NCBI GenBank assembly: GCA_963675595.2
Contig: CAXXLZ010000002.1
Span: 1,920,001-1,984,000 of the forward strand
Direction: 5' to 3'
From: Thermodesulfobacteriota bacterium
GTDB lineage: Bacteria; Desulfobacterota; Desulfarculia; JACQYL01
Length of the DNA stretch: 64,000 nt
Part shown: positions 19,568 to 30,339 of the stretch, one piece after another
Layout of the letters: each line of letters opens with the position of its first letter
Numbering within the stretch: the first letter of the stretch is position 1
Position numbers and translations under genes: made by a program
The notes under the pieces: model-generated
What the model saw: only the letters and a program-made list of their open reading frames with translations
Told to the model about the DNA's origin: nothing
The model's database searches: none

Positions 19568-21805
19568 CTACCGCGGTTCCGCCGCGTCCTCTTTCCGACG
19601 AACGACCATGTTCAGCGCCGGAGACTCGCCCTCTTTGGGTTGCCCCATCCACAAAGTGCGTTGCGGGAAAGGAATTTCAATGCCGTGACGGTCGAAAGCG
19701 ATTTTCATGCGTCGATTGAACTCCCGCCCCACAGCCCACTGACGGATCGGGCGTGTGGTGATTCTTGCCTTGATGTTCACCGAGGAATCGCCAAAGCCGT
19801 CCACTCCCAGAATTTCCAGGGGTTCCAGAATATCCTCGGCGAACGCCGGATCGCTTCTCAGCTCCTCATCCACTTCCCTGAGCACCATCATCACTTCGTC
19901 CACGTCCTCGCCGTAACTCACACCGATATCCAAGACGTATCTGGAGTAATTCCGAGTCATATTGGTTACGGTGGAGATGGAACTGTTGGGAATCACATGA
20001 ACGTTCCCCGCCAAATCGCGAAGTTGCATGGTCCTGAGTCCCACCGCCTCCACCACGCCCGATTTATCCCCCAGCACCGCCACGTCTCCCACGGAGATCA
20101 GGTCTTGAATCACAATGAACAGACCGTTGATCACGTCCTTAACCAGGGACTGGGCTCCAAACCCCACCGCCAGGCCGATGATTCCGGCCCCCGCCAGAAT
20201 CGGCCCGGTATCCACTCCCAATTGCCCCAAGACAATGATCCCCAGGATGAAAACGGCCCCGATCTTTGCCGCCGAGTCGGCCAGAGGTACCAGCGTTTTC
20301 CGCTTCCGATCCGGCTCTTTGTCGTTTTTCGGCTGCAGCATCCAAGAGGCGACAAAGGTACTGAGGCTGATGAAGGCCACGATCCCGGCGATCGCAGCGA
20401 GAATGGTGATTACTCTGAGGATGATGCCGGAGCCGGTTTCAGTGGCGGCGTAGGCGAAAACCGGAACCCCCCAGACTTCGGCAAGAACGGCCGAAGTCGC
20501 CAGCATCAGCAGCACGGAGATACTCTTTCGAAGGAAGGCCAGGTAGTGGAGCGCCTTTTCCTCCAAGCCCGGAATTTCAACATGAAATCCCTTCAGCCAT
20601 GCCTGCATTCGCTCATAACATCTCCGGTGAACTGAAAAAGCCAAAGCCGCGGCCGCGACGACTCCCATGGACCCCACCGCGGTGCGCAGGACATAACCGT
20701 GCGCATGACCATTGGGGAGGGACAGGGAAACAAAAACAACCCAGACGTAGGCCAGAACGGGTACGGGCCACAGTTTCACCAACGGTCTCAGGGGCGTCCC
20801 TGCAGATTCAATCGCCTCCGGGTCTCCCTCGTCTGCGTGCCTGCGCGTCGCTCTGGAGACCTGTAGGACCAACCCGGTTAACAGCAATGGAAACCCTAGC
20901 AACAAGCCCCCCCGGAGAGCGCCCCAGAGGTCGGCGGGAAGACGCTCCGCAGTGAGAGTCCCCATGATGAAGAAATACACGACCGCGAAGACTCCAATGC
21001 TTCGAAGCTTCCGATAAAGGATTCGGGAGACTTTGTCGCCGGCGGGCAGTATCCGTGCATCAGGATCATCCGGCGACAGCAGGTATGCGGAAAGCGTGGC
21101 AAAAAGTCGATAGACGATGATTATAAGAAATAATAGGGCGACAAACTCCTGCAAAATCGGAAAAGACGGCCGAATCGTCGTAATGGACATAAATACGGCC
21201 AGGCACACCACCAGCGGAATGGTTCGAAATGCGGAACCAATCAGGGCATAGACCGGCCGCACGAACCACGAAGCGTGCGCGGGCGCCCTCAGGGGTACGA
21301 ACCGTCTCACCAGCGCCACCGCGGCGAGCAAGGCCGCAAGGCTCAGTCCCAACGCCCACATGAAGCTTCCTAACCGCCTTACCTTTGTCGGGTCCCTCAA
21401 GAACTCCGGTACCTTTCGAAACCCGTCCTTGAGTTCGGAAATGAGTTCGGGCGCCTCCGAACCGAAATCTTCCAGGCGGGAAAGCGTTCCGAACGCCTTT
21501 TCGATGATGACCCTGAAACCCGCGCCCCGGTCCGCCGGTTCCGAATTCATTGTGCCGGCGTTTTCTTCGGCCATGTCCTTGGAAGCCAGTATCCGTTTCA
21601 GCGTTTCCAGGAAGACTTCTCGTTTATCCGGATTCTCAAGCAATTCAACCACGGCTTCCAGGTCCTTGGACGAGACTTCGTTTCCCTTATGGCCGCCGGA
21701 TCCGTCGGCGGAATGGGCGAGCCCCGTGCAGGCCAAGCTCGTCACCCAGAAGAAGACCATTGGAAACAACATCCTTCCGAATCCGGAACATCGTACCACT
21801 TCCAC
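19568..21805 (-). CDS. MscS-family mechanosensitive channel with large N-terminal membrane region
   Basis: GAGIIGLAVGFGAQSLVKD, GVVEAVGLRT, IPNS and GIEIPFPQR motifs; start uncertain. Confidence 0.9.
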   Translation of the reverse strand: MEVVRCSGFGRMLFPMVFFWVTSLACTGLAHSADGSGGHKGNEVSSKDLEAVVELLENPDKREVFLETLKRILASKDMAEENAGTMNSEPADRGAGFRVIIEKAFGTLSRLEDFGSEAPELISELKDGFRKVPEFLRDPTKVRRLGSFMWALGLSLAALLAAVALVRRFVPLRAPAHASWFVRPVYALIGSAFRTIPLVVCLAVFMSITTIRPSFPILQEFVALLFLIIIVYRLFATLSAYLLSPDDPDARILPAGDKVSRILYRKLRSIGVFAVVYFFIMGTLTAERLPADLWGALRGGLLLGFPLLLTGLVLQVSRATRRHADEGDPEAIESAGTPLRPLVKLWPVPVLAYVWVVFVSLSLPNGHAHGYVLRTAVGSMGVVAAAALAFSVHRRCYERMQAWLKGFHVEIPGLEEKALHYLAFLRKSISVLLMLATSAVLAEVWGVPVFAYAATETGSGIILRVITILAAIAGIVAFISLSTFVASWMLQPKNDKEPDRKRKTLVPLADSAAKIGAVFILGIIVLGQLGVDTGPILAGAGIIGLAVGFGAQSLVKDVINGLFIVIQDLISVGDVAVLGDKSGVVEAVGLRTMQLRDLAGNVHVIPNSSISTVTNMTRNYSRYVLDIGVSYGEDVDEVMMVLREVDEELRSDPAFAEDILEPLEILGVDGFGDSSVNIKARITTRPIRQWAVGREFNRRMKIAFDRHGIEIPFPQRTLWMGQPKEGESPALNMVVRRKEDAAEPR

Positions 21806-22044
21806 GACTTCCCCCTTTCTTGAGCCGGTTCCAGTTTCGAACCGGCTGCGATGCCGTTTGGACAAATTCCATTCAGGGTATCTCAAAAGCAGGGCGGGAT
21901 AAAGTTGCAGACTGCGCGGCTATGACGCTCATGGGCGAGGCAAAATACAGTAGGTCCCTGATGGGTTCTTTCATAACCGCTTGATAGAATTAAGACTGTG
22001 GACGTCATCCATCGCATCCTCAAGAGATAGGAAGGAGAAACGAC

Positions 22045-22587
22045 ATGTGGCCCATCGGACCCCTGATGTGGGAACACCGGCTCATCGAGCGCATGATCTC
22101 CGTTATGAAAGCCAAAACGGAAACCATGCGGGCCGAGGGAAGCCCGGACCCGGTCTTCATCGATACGGCGGCGGACTTCTTCCGCACCTACGCGGATCGT
22201 TGCCACCACGGAAAGGAGGAGGACATCCTGTTTCAGGCTTTGGAGTCCAAATCCTTGAGTTCCGAACATGGAAAGATCGTGCAAGAGCTCATGGAAGACC
22301 ATAAGTTCGGCAGGGCTCGAGTCCGGGCGCTCCTCGAGGCAAAAGAAGCATTCGTTGGAGGCGATACGGACGCCTTTAAAGAAATCATGGAAAATTTACA
22401 CATCCTCATCAACTTCTACCCCAAGCATATTCGTAAGGAGGACAAGGTGTTCTTCTTCCCGTGCATGGAATACTTCAGCAGCGAGGAAAAAGACCACATG
22501 CTGAAAGAATTTCATGACTTCGACAGCAAGTTGATTCAAGAGAAATATGAGGACACCGTGCTGAGCCTGGAGAATAAGATCGCGTGA
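22045..22587 (+). CDS. Hemerythrin-like (HHE) domain protein
   Basis: EHRLI, HHGKEE, EDH and HIRKED metal-ligand motifs; AGGAG RBS. Confidence 0.88.
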   Translation: MWPIGPLMWEHRLIERMISVMKAKTETMRAEGSPDPVFIDTAADFFRTYADRCHHGKEEDILFQALESKSLSSEHGKIVQELMEDHKFGRARVRALLEAKEAFVGGDTDAFKEIMENLHILINFYPKHIRKEDKVFFFPCMEYFSSEEKDHMLKEFHDFDSKLIQEKYEDTVLSLENKIA

Positions 22588-22818
22588 AGTCCGTTGCCTC
22601 TCCAGTCGACGCGTACCGGGACCGAATCGTGTCGAAATCGGGATATGTCTCTTTCCCCCCGGACCATCACTATTGTACGACAACCGCAGCCCCAACCTCT
22701 CTCGATTTCCCCCACGGAAGAACGACGGGCAAAATAATCCATCACTAATGGGACTTCCTGCTTGACGAGTGCATTTCGTTCGTGCCTATTAAAGCATCCT
22801 CCGAAATTAGGAGTTCCT

Positions 22819-23781
22819 ATGAATGCGACGAAGAAAGAGCTGCTGCTCCCTGCTTTGGAAGACCGGGACCCGAACGTGGCGCGTGCCGCGGCCAGGATGG
22901 CGGCCGAATACGGGGTGACCGAATGCATCGAGAAGATCATTCCTCTACTCACCAGCAAGGCGTGGCAAGTTCGGCTCACCGCGGTGGAAGCCCTGGGCAA
23001 GCTCAAGGCCAAGAGAGCGGCAAACGCTCTGATCAAGATCGTCGGCGGGGAAATGGCGGGTTTGCGTCAAAGGCTCCTCGCTTGTGCGGGCCTTTCGGCA
23101 CAGTCGCCGGCACAGGAGGGGAACAAAGAAGACGAAGAGGTCTGGCAGGTGAAGCGGGCGGCGGCTCTCGCCCTCAGCCGCATCAATCCGGATCTCGCGG
23201 AAACCCCTCTTCTCGGGGCCCTGGAGTCGCCCAACCGTCAGGTAATCATCGCCGCCATGAGCGGACTGGCGATTATCGAATCGGAGCAGGCCGGAGCCCG
23301 GTTTGTGGAGTTCCTGCACCATGCCGACTTCGAGGTCAGGAAATCGGCCGTCGTGTGCGTGGGCAAACTCCGCCACCGGGAGGCCGCGGAGGACCTCTGC
23401 CGCCTCCTCCAGGACCAGAAATCCGTCATCCGCAAGGAGGCGATCATCGCCTTGAATCATATCAAAGACTCTCGAGCTCTCCCGGCGATCATTGAGTGCA
23501 TGAAAGACCCACAGAAAGAGGTCCGTATAGTGGCCACGGTGGCCTTGGGAAACACGTCGAGAGATGATGAATTCGTAGTGGGGCCTCTTCGGAACGCCCT
23601 TCATGATTCCAGTTGGGAGGTTCGCAGGGCGGCCGTCAATTCCCTGGGAAATCTGGGCATCGTGGATACCATGGAAGAGATCCTGCCTCTGCTGAGGGAA
23701 GAAGAGGAAGAGATCAGGAAAGCCGTGGCTTTGTGTCTGCTGAAGCTGGCCGGAACGGCCGAACGAGCAAGATACGAGTAG
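22819..23781 (+). CDS. HEAT/PBS-lyase repeat protein
   Basis: Repeated LxDxxxxVRxxAxxALG units; AGGAG RBS. Confidence 0.88.
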   Translation: MNATKKELLLPALEDRDPNVARAAARMAAEYGVTECIEKIIPLLTSKAWQVRLTAVEALGKLKAKRAANALIKIVGGEMAGLRQRLLACAGLSAQSPAQEGNKEDEEVWQVKRAAALALSRINPDLAETPLLGALESPNRQVIIAAMSGLAIIESEQAGARFVEFLHHADFEVRKSAVVCVGKLRHREAAEDLCRLLQDQKSVIRKEAIIALNHIKDSRALPAIIECMKDPQKEVRIVATVALGNTSRDDEFVVGPLRNALHDSSWEVRRAAVNSLGNLGIVDTMEEILPLLREEEEEIRKAVALCLLKLAGTAERARYE

Positions 23782-24669
23782 ATTTGCCGTTTTTCCCGGG
23801 AGTCGGGAATCCCGAAAGCCCGTGATTCAGGCTCCCGGAGTTGCCCAAGCGCGTCCCCCTGCCCAAACTTGCCCGCCCAAGCTCGGATTCGCCCTATGAC
23901 GAGGCGATTCGATGGTATTTTCGTCTATTAACACTCATGAAGTCCATCTAAAGCCTTGAAAGGGACTCTAATTCACGAATTCCCCACCGGGTAATACAAA
24001 TGGAGAAAACACGCATTCACAAGACGCAGCCGGCTCTCACCGTTTCAGGGTGCCGCGACACGCTCCCCGGAACGCGGGAAGGTGCCGCCGGCCGGAGGAG
24101 TCCCCGGGTGAACGCTGATCGGTTCCGCGTCAAGTTTTCTTAAAATGAAAACGCTGCCTCCGCGCTTCTTTTCTTTTCCTTTGCGCCCCGCTATGATACA
24201 CTGCAATACATTAATTCGGACCAGACTTGACGAGGGATCCTCGGTCGAAAATTGCATATCGCCGTCGGTTTCTTTGAAACCGTGTGGGTGGATTCGTTGG
24301 GAGGAATCCGGCGCTTCTCTATGACTCGAAGCGCACGAGACAATCGTTGTTTTTCCTCCCGGCTGAAGACCGGCGAGGTTGTCCCCGCCGCGTCGGCAAG
24401 CCGTTTTGAAGCGCAATCCCAATGTTGCGTTTCACCGTCTTTCAACAATCCGCAACTCACGGACTGTTGCAACCGACGATGAGGACTGCGGCCCGAAAAG
24501 GGTTTTCACGGAGCGCCCCGGTGTTCCGCCGAACTCACCCGACAAGGTTCCCGCCAAGTTTTCATACGACCTTTCGCCCAAGACCCGAGGCGGAATCGTT
24601 TGCTTGGTCCCACGGCTTTTCCGTTTCAGGAAATCAATGTCCCCATTCCGATGTCAGGAGAAACAGTTC

Positions 24670-25722
24670 ATGAATGAGGCAGCCGATAAAGCTTCCTTTC
24701 TCACTCAGGGAGTGTTCCAACTCACCGATGCGTCCTACCCGCCGCTGGCCATGCTTTTCCGCAAAGGCATCGATAGCAGAATTCGATTGTTTGAAGATCA
24801 GGACTCGGTGATCACGAAAGAAGAGTCTTTTTTCGCCGGCCTTCCCCAAGGCAACCCGGTTCCCCTGCGAATCTCGAAAGTCGTGGACCCGGAAAGCATC
24901 GTGTCTCCCCGTCTGGACCTTCCGTCTCCGCCCCAGGTGTATCTGGAGATGCAGGACGCGCTGACCAAGGGCCAGGACTCTCCTTCGGAGTTGTCGAAGA
25001 TCATCAGCAAGGACACGAGCTTGACGGCGAAGCTGCTCAAGCTGGCCAACAGCGCTTTTTATGGATTCTCCAAAGAGATCGAGAGCATCACTCACGCGGT
25101 GAGTCTCATCGGAACACGCCAACTGACGATGTTGGTGAGCGGCATGTGTTTTGTTTCCGGGTTCAAGTACATCCCGTCGGACATTGTCGACATGGAGACA
25201 TTCTGGAAACACAGCCTGAGTACGGGAATTCATGCGCACCTGATCGCCCGGAGTGCGGGCTTCAGGGATTCGGAACGCTTCTTTGTGGGAGGTTTGCTCC
25301 ACGACATCGGTCGACTGGCGCTGTTTCACGGCAAACCCGACACGGCCAAAGCCGCTTTGGCCAAGGCCAAAGAAAAACAGTCGACTCTCGTATACATGGA
25401 ACAGGAAGAGCTCGGATACGACCATTCCACTCTGGGGAGCATATTACTGAGAGAATGGAACATCCCCAATCAGCTTCGGGCCTTGGTTCTCTATCACCAT
25501 ATTCCGGAAATCGCCAAAGAAGTCCGGGAATTCGCCGTCATCCACGTGGCGGACACCATCACCCGGGCCCTGGGAATGGGCTTAAGCGGGGAATTTTTCG
25601 TCATGCCGCTCCGGGAGGTTGCCTGGGAAAGCCTGAACATCTCCGTCGAGCAATACGAGGAGATATTGGAGGACGCCGCCGAATTGCTCGAGCCCATGGT
25701 CCGGATCCTCGGCAGGAAGTAG
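24670..25722 (+). CDS. HDOD domain signalling protein
   Basis: LPSPP, LLKLANSAFYG, FWKHS, GLLHDIG and EWNIP motifs. Confidence 0.9.
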   Translation: MNEAADKASFLTQGVFQLTDASYPPLAMLFRKGIDSRIRLFEDQDSVITKEESFFAGLPQGNPVPLRISKVVDPESIVSPRLDLPSPPQVYLEMQDALTKGQDSPSELSKIISKDTSLTAKLLKLANSAFYGFSKEIESITHAVSLIGTRQLTMLVSGMCFVSGFKYIPSDIVDMETFWKHSLSTGIHAHLIARSAGFRDSERFFVGGLLHDIGRLALFHGKPDTAKAALAKAKEKQSTLVYMEQEELGYDHSTLGSILLREWNIPNQLRALVLYHHIPEIAKEVREFAVIHVADTITRALGMGLSGEFFVMPLREVAWESLNISVEQYEEILEDAAELLEPMVRILGRK

Positions 25723-26003
25723 AAAGTCCGACGACGGCCGAAAACCCTCGTGAGAGCGAATTCCGGCCACTCGATGAAATCCCGGATACTCGGGCGATCC
25801 AACGGCGGCTGGACCCCGAAGCATGAAGACGCGTCGCGGGGCCTGAGAAGCACTTCACGACTCCGTCCTACAACTTCTCTTATCGCACCTCACCACACCT
25901 TCGCTCACCGGAGACTACAGAGGGGCATCCCGGGACTGTGCGGCCTCATCCAAAGCCGATGACGTCCCGAGGTCTCCGTATGGGCGCACAAGGAAAAGCA
26001 CCG

Positions 26004-27497
26004 ATGTTCAGCGACAGAATCCATTACGCGCCGCTCCTTGATAAGATCACGGATGCGGAAACAGCGGCCCGGCACATACAAGACGGAACGAACCTGTTCA
26101 TCTCCGGATTCACCGCGGGATATCCCAAGCTGATTCCCACGGAACTGGCCAAGCGCGCCAAGAACGGTGAAAAGTTCAAGATCAACCTGTTCGCCGGGGC
26201 TTCCACGGGCGACCGGGTGGACGGAGTGCTCGCCGACGCCGGCATCGTGAATTGGCGAAGACCCTACATGAGCGACCGCATCATGCGGGAAAAGATCAAC
26301 CGGGAAGAAATTCTTTTCAAAGACGACCATCTCTCCAGCCTTTCCGCCCAAGTCCGATCGGGAAGCTGGGGGAGCCCCGACGTGGCCGTGGTGGAGGCGG
26401 CCGCCATTACTCATAAAGGACATCTGATCCCCACCATGTCCGTGGGCAATACACCCACGTACGTGCGGGAGGCTCGCAAGATCATCATTGAAATGTCCAC
26501 AACGGAGCCCCCGGAACTGGAAGGGATCCATGACATTTTTATTCCCGAAGATCCGCCCTACCGAATGCCCATTCCCATTTACCGAGCTTCCGACCGTATC
26601 GGTAAACCCTTTATCGATCTGGACCCGAACCGCGTGGCGGCCATCGTGTCGAGCTACGAGGAGGACAGTTGCACCATTTTCACGGAACCCGACGAAGTCT
26701 CCCTGCTCATCGCGGAGCAGGTGCTGGATTTCGTCCGCCACGAAATCAAGGAAGGACGCATGCCCACGGGACTTCCTTGGCAATCCGGAGTCGGGGACGT
26801 GGCCAACGCGGTTCTCAGCGGCTTCCTTGAGGATGACTCCTTCCAGAACCTGGACCTGTACTCCGAAGTGCTTCAGGACTCGGTATTGGAGCTCATCGAC
26901 ATGGGCAAGGTCCGTGCTGCTTCCGGTTCCGCCATGACCCTTTCCCACAAGGCGCGGAATCGTTTCTTTAATGAATTGTACCGGTACAAGGAAAAAATCG
27001 TGCTGCGGCCCGTGGAGATATCCAACTCGCCCGAGGTCATTCGGCGTTTGGGAGTCACCGCCGTCAACACCGCTCTGGAAGTGGACATCTACGGTCATGT
27101 GAATTCCACTCACGTCATGGGCACCCACATGATGAACGGCATCGGCGGATCGGGTGATTTCGAACGCAACGGTTCCATCTCTTTCATGGTCACTCCTTCC
27201 ACCGCCAAGAACGGAAAAATCTCCTGCATCGTCCCCATGGTGAGTCACGTGGATCATTCGGAGCACTCCGTGGACATCATCGTTACGGAACAAGGGTTGG
27301 TGGACACCCGTTTCCTCACTCCGAGACAGGTGGCGGAGCAGATGATCCACAAGTGCGCCCACCCCGACTATCGGGACCTGCTCCGGGACTACTACCAAAG
27401 GGCATTGCGTGAGCGCGGAGGCCACGAACCGCATCTTTTGTCGGAAGCCTTCTCCTTTCATCAGCGGTTCCTGGAATCCGGCAGCATGAGGAAATAG
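26004..27497 (+). CDS. Acetyl-CoA hydrolase/transferase (succinate CoA-transferase family)
   Basis: SGFT, QSGVG, SEVLQD, NGIGGSGDF and VSHVDH motifs. Confidence 0.92.
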   Translation: MFSDRIHYAPLLDKITDAETAARHIQDGTNLFISGFTAGYPKLIPTELAKRAKNGEKFKINLFAGASTGDRVDGVLADAGIVNWRRPYMSDRIMREKINREEILFKDDHLSSLSAQVRSGSWGSPDVAVVEAAAITHKGHLIPTMSVGNTPTYVREARKIIIEMSTTEPPELEGIHDIFIPEDPPYRMPIPIYRASDRIGKPFIDLDPNRVAAIVSSYEEDSCTIFTEPDEVSLLIAEQVLDFVRHEIKEGRMPTGLPWQSGVGDVANAVLSGFLEDDSFQNLDLYSEVLQDSVLELIDMGKVRAASGSAMTLSHKARNRFFNELYRYKEKIVLRPVEISNSPEVIRRLGVTAVNTALEVDIYGHVNSTHVMGTHMMNGIGGSGDFERNGSISFMVTPSTAKNGKISCIVPMVSHVDHSEHSVDIIVTEQGLVDTRFLTPRQVAEQMIHKCAHPDYRDLLRDYYQRALRERGGHEPHLLSEAFSFHQRFLESGSMRK

Positions 27498-27529
27498 ACC
27501 ATGATTCACGGTTATTATTCTCAGGATAG

Positions 27530-27716
27530 CCGGGGAAACCTTTTAAAAAAGGTTTCCCCGGACCCTTTCCCAAACTTTTCGAGTGGGTTGCTCGCTTCCG
27601 CGTCGCAACCGGGGTGAGGGGCCCTCATGGAGCCTCTCCGCCGGAGGCGGTGAGGCCCGCTTGAAGGTTTTGAGGGGGGGATACCGGGGGGAGCTTTTTC
27701 AAAAGTTCCCCCCGGT
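27530..27716. repeat. REP/MITE-like nested inverted-repeat element
   Basis: Related hairpins at 27530-27561 and 27683-27716 flank an imperfect internal inverted repeat. Confidence 0.65.
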
Positions 27717-27765
27717 GAATGCATACCGATACGGAGCCCCCGGAACGCGGGCGCGGAAAGCACTT

Positions 27766-28950
27766 ATGCAGACCACCCATCAGATGGTAATCGGCGACTC
27801 CGGTTCAATGACCGCTGTAGGGAACGAAAGCGTGGACCTGGTGGTCACCTCCCCTCCCTATCCCATGATCGAAATGTGGGACGCATCCTTCACCGCGCAG
27901 GACCCGGACATCGGGGCCTGTTTCGACTCGGGTCGTTTTCTGGAGGCGTTCGAGGGGATGCACCGGCTCCTGGACCGCACGTGGACGGAGCTGTACCGTG
28001 TGCTGCGGGTCGGTGGAATCGCCTGCATCAACATCGGCGACGCCGTTCGCACCCTGGATGGCAACTTCCGGCTCTTCTGCAACCACTCCCGCATACTGGA
28101 GCGCATGCTTTCCTTGGGCTTCTCCGGCCTGCCCAACATTCTGTGGCGCAAGCAGACCAACGCTCCCAACAAGTTCATGGGCTCGGGCATGATGCCTCCC
28201 GGAGCTTATGTGACTCTGGAGCACGAATATATTCTCATCCTCAGGAAGGGCCCCAAACGGGAGTTCCGTACTGAAGCGGAAAAGGCGAAACGCCGGGAAA
28301 GCGCGTTTTTCTGGGAGGAGCGCAACGTCTGGTTTTCGGACGTCTGGACGGACCTGAAGGGTGCGACTCAGGTGCTGAACCGTTCGGACACTCGATCAAG
28401 AAGCGGCGCCTTTCCTTTCGAACTCCCCTACCGGCTCATCTCCATGTTCTCCCTCAAAGGAGACACGGTGCTGGACCCGTTTGCCGGTACGGGCACCACC
28501 TCGTCGGCGGCCCTCACGGCTGCGAGAAACAGCATGGGGTATGAGCGGGAGCCCGGTCTCCAAGACGTCGTGTCGAACACGTTGTCGGCGGCCGCGCATT
28601 CCGCCGATGCCGTCATCCGCGGACGACTGGACAGGCATCGGCAATTCATCCGGGAACGACTGGAGACCAAAGGCCCCACACGGTACGTGAGTAAGCATTA
28701 CGGCTTTCCGGTGGTCACCAACCAGGAAACGCAGATTCTGATCAACGAACTGGGGGGGGTTCGACGCGATGAGGAGGGAGGCTTTGTCGGGGAACATGCC
28801 GACGGGCCGGGTGAGGCAATCGAGAGTGAGATGTCGGTCGGGGGAAACCGAGATAGCGAGGGAACTCACGTTGCCAACGGAGATGGGATGGATGGAGCTC
28901 GGGGTATCAAGAAGACCACCATCCCAGCCAAACAAAAAACCCTTTTCTAA
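27766..28950 (+). CDS. Site-specific DNA amino-methyltransferase, beta class (likely m4C)
   Basis: TSPPY catalytic motif precedes the DPFAGTGTT SAM-binding motif. Confidence 0.92.
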   Translation: MQTTHQMVIGDSGSMTAVGNESVDLVVTSPPYPMIEMWDASFTAQDPDIGACFDSGRFLEAFEGMHRLLDRTWTELYRVLRVGGIACINIGDAVRTLDGNFRLFCNHSRILERMLSLGFSGLPNILWRKQTNAPNKFMGSGMMPPGAYVTLEHEYILILRKGPKREFRTEAEKAKRRESAFFWEERNVWFSDVWTDLKGATQVLNRSDTRSRSGAFPFELPYRLISMFSLKGDTVLDPFAGTGTTSSAALTAARNSMGYEREPGLQDVVSNTLSAAAHSADAVIRGRLDRHRQFIRERLETKGPTRYVSKHYGFPVVTNQETQILINELGGVRRDEEGGFVGEHADGPGEAIESEMSVGGNRDSEGTHVANGDGMDGARGIKKTTIPAKQKTLF

Positions 28951-29045
28951 CTTGGGGTCTTCAGTGCCGATTCTTCATAGCTTATCAGAATCCCGTCTTT
29001 CTTCTTCTCGTAATATATCAAGCAAACATCGATTGGTTCGTGTCC
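28947..29045 (-). pseudogene. Possible 3' remnant of a restriction endonuclease gene
   Basis: AT-rich frame EPIDVCLIYYEKKKDGILISYEE, convergent with the methyltransferase stop, with no start codon; resemblance to MjaI-family C-termini is from memory and unverified. Confidence 0.35.
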
Positions 29046-29219
29046 TCAAAAGTGCCATTGTTGATCCAAAATCCAAGAAGTGCTGATCACTATTTTCTTG
29101 CATCTTTGCGGGGTTAGACCATATCAGCTTCGTGTAACAAGGATGGGAAAAATGACCTTCCCGTACATTTTACGACAATTCTTGTTCCATAAGTGGTTCT
29201 TACGCCAGGAAAAGTGACC

Positions 29220-29453
29220 ATGGATCACATAATCTCCAAATCCCGATTCAAGCTTCGAGCTCTGAAATATTTGCGTCAGGTCGAGCGTACCGGAAGAGCC
29301 CTCATAATCACCGATCACGGCAAACCGGTGCTCAGAATCGTCCCTTATGAGGAGGATCCCGGGGAAGCCTTCGCCGACCTTCGCGGTTCCGTCCTCGAAT
29401 ATCAGGACCCCACAGAACCCGTGGCAACGGAAGATTGGGAAATACCCCTTTGA
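29220..29453 (+). CDS. Phd/YefM-family antitoxin
   Basis: ISKSRFK...LIITDHGKPVLRIVP motif; stop overlaps the toxin start. Confidence 0.88.
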   Translation: MDHIISKSRFKLRALKYLRQVERTGRALIITDHGKPVLRIVPYEEDPGEAFADLRGSVLEYQDPTEPVATEDWEIPL

Positions 29454-29845
29454 TCCTTCTGGATACGCATGTCTGGATCTGGTGGGTAAGTGATCCCGAT
29501 CGCCTCTCGTCCGGGGCTCGATCGGCGATTTCGGAAGCCGCCGGGAGCGGGGCCGTTTCATTGTCCGCCATCAGCACTTGGGAGGTGGCTATGTTGGTTC
29601 GCAAAGGCCGACTGAAGCTCACCATGGACCCCGAAGACTGGGTGGCCAAATCGGAAGCACTCCCTTTCCTCCGCTTCATCCCCATCGACAACCGGATTCT
29701 GCTGAAATCCGTTCATCTCCCCTACTATGCCCACCCCGACCCGGCCGACCGCATCATCATCGCCACGGCTCTCAATTTCGGCGCCCGACTGGTGACCAAA
29801 GACCAACGCATCCTGGACTATCCTTACGTGGAAACCGTATGGTAG
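29450..29845 (+). CDS. vapC: VapC-family PIN domain toxin
   Basis: ILLDTH, ISTWE, DPADRIIIATA and LVTKD motifs; TTG start overlapping the antitoxin TGA. Confidence 0.9.
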   Translation: MILLDTHVWIWWVSDPDRLSSGARSAISEAAGSGAVSLSAISTWEVAMLVRKGRLKLTMDPEDWVAKSEALPFLRFIPIDNRILLKSVHLPYYAHPDPADRIIIATALNFGARLVTKDQRILDYPYVETVW

Positions 29846-30339
29846 CGGTGGCCGCCGGCGTACCCGGCCCGGAGAAACACCTTACTCCCGATCAAGTAGG
29901 CATCCCACTCAGGGAACCACGCACCTCTCCCGTAACATTTCACATCCTTCTCGTTTGGTATGTCCGGAAGACGTCATTTTTTAATTTGTCGGTGTTCCCG
30001 CAATAGACCTCCAAGTCCACGGCGGCAAGATGCTTATCCGCCTCGCCGTAAAGGTGCAGCGAACTCTTCTTGTCGCTTGTAAGGCCCGTGAAGGACGCAA
30101 CCGGACTTTGCTTTTCCGCAAGGGTGCAATGAAATCGTATACCGGAATGACCCTCCGTCATTTTTAGGCGGGATTTCAAGAAATCACCTGAGAAACCGGG
30201 AGGCGACCACCGCCAAGGTCATCTCCGCAGCCACGAACATGGAAAGATCCAATTGCAGGATATTCCATTCAATAACGAGATCGAAGCATGACGGCGGAAC
30301 GGCATGGAGGCTCAGCGGTCCGGGCGAGGATGGGAAAGG

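Noticed and set aside
29940-30179. 79-aa minus-strand ORF after copB
   Set aside because: TTG start and no motif; I cannot tell it from non-coding or decayed sequence.
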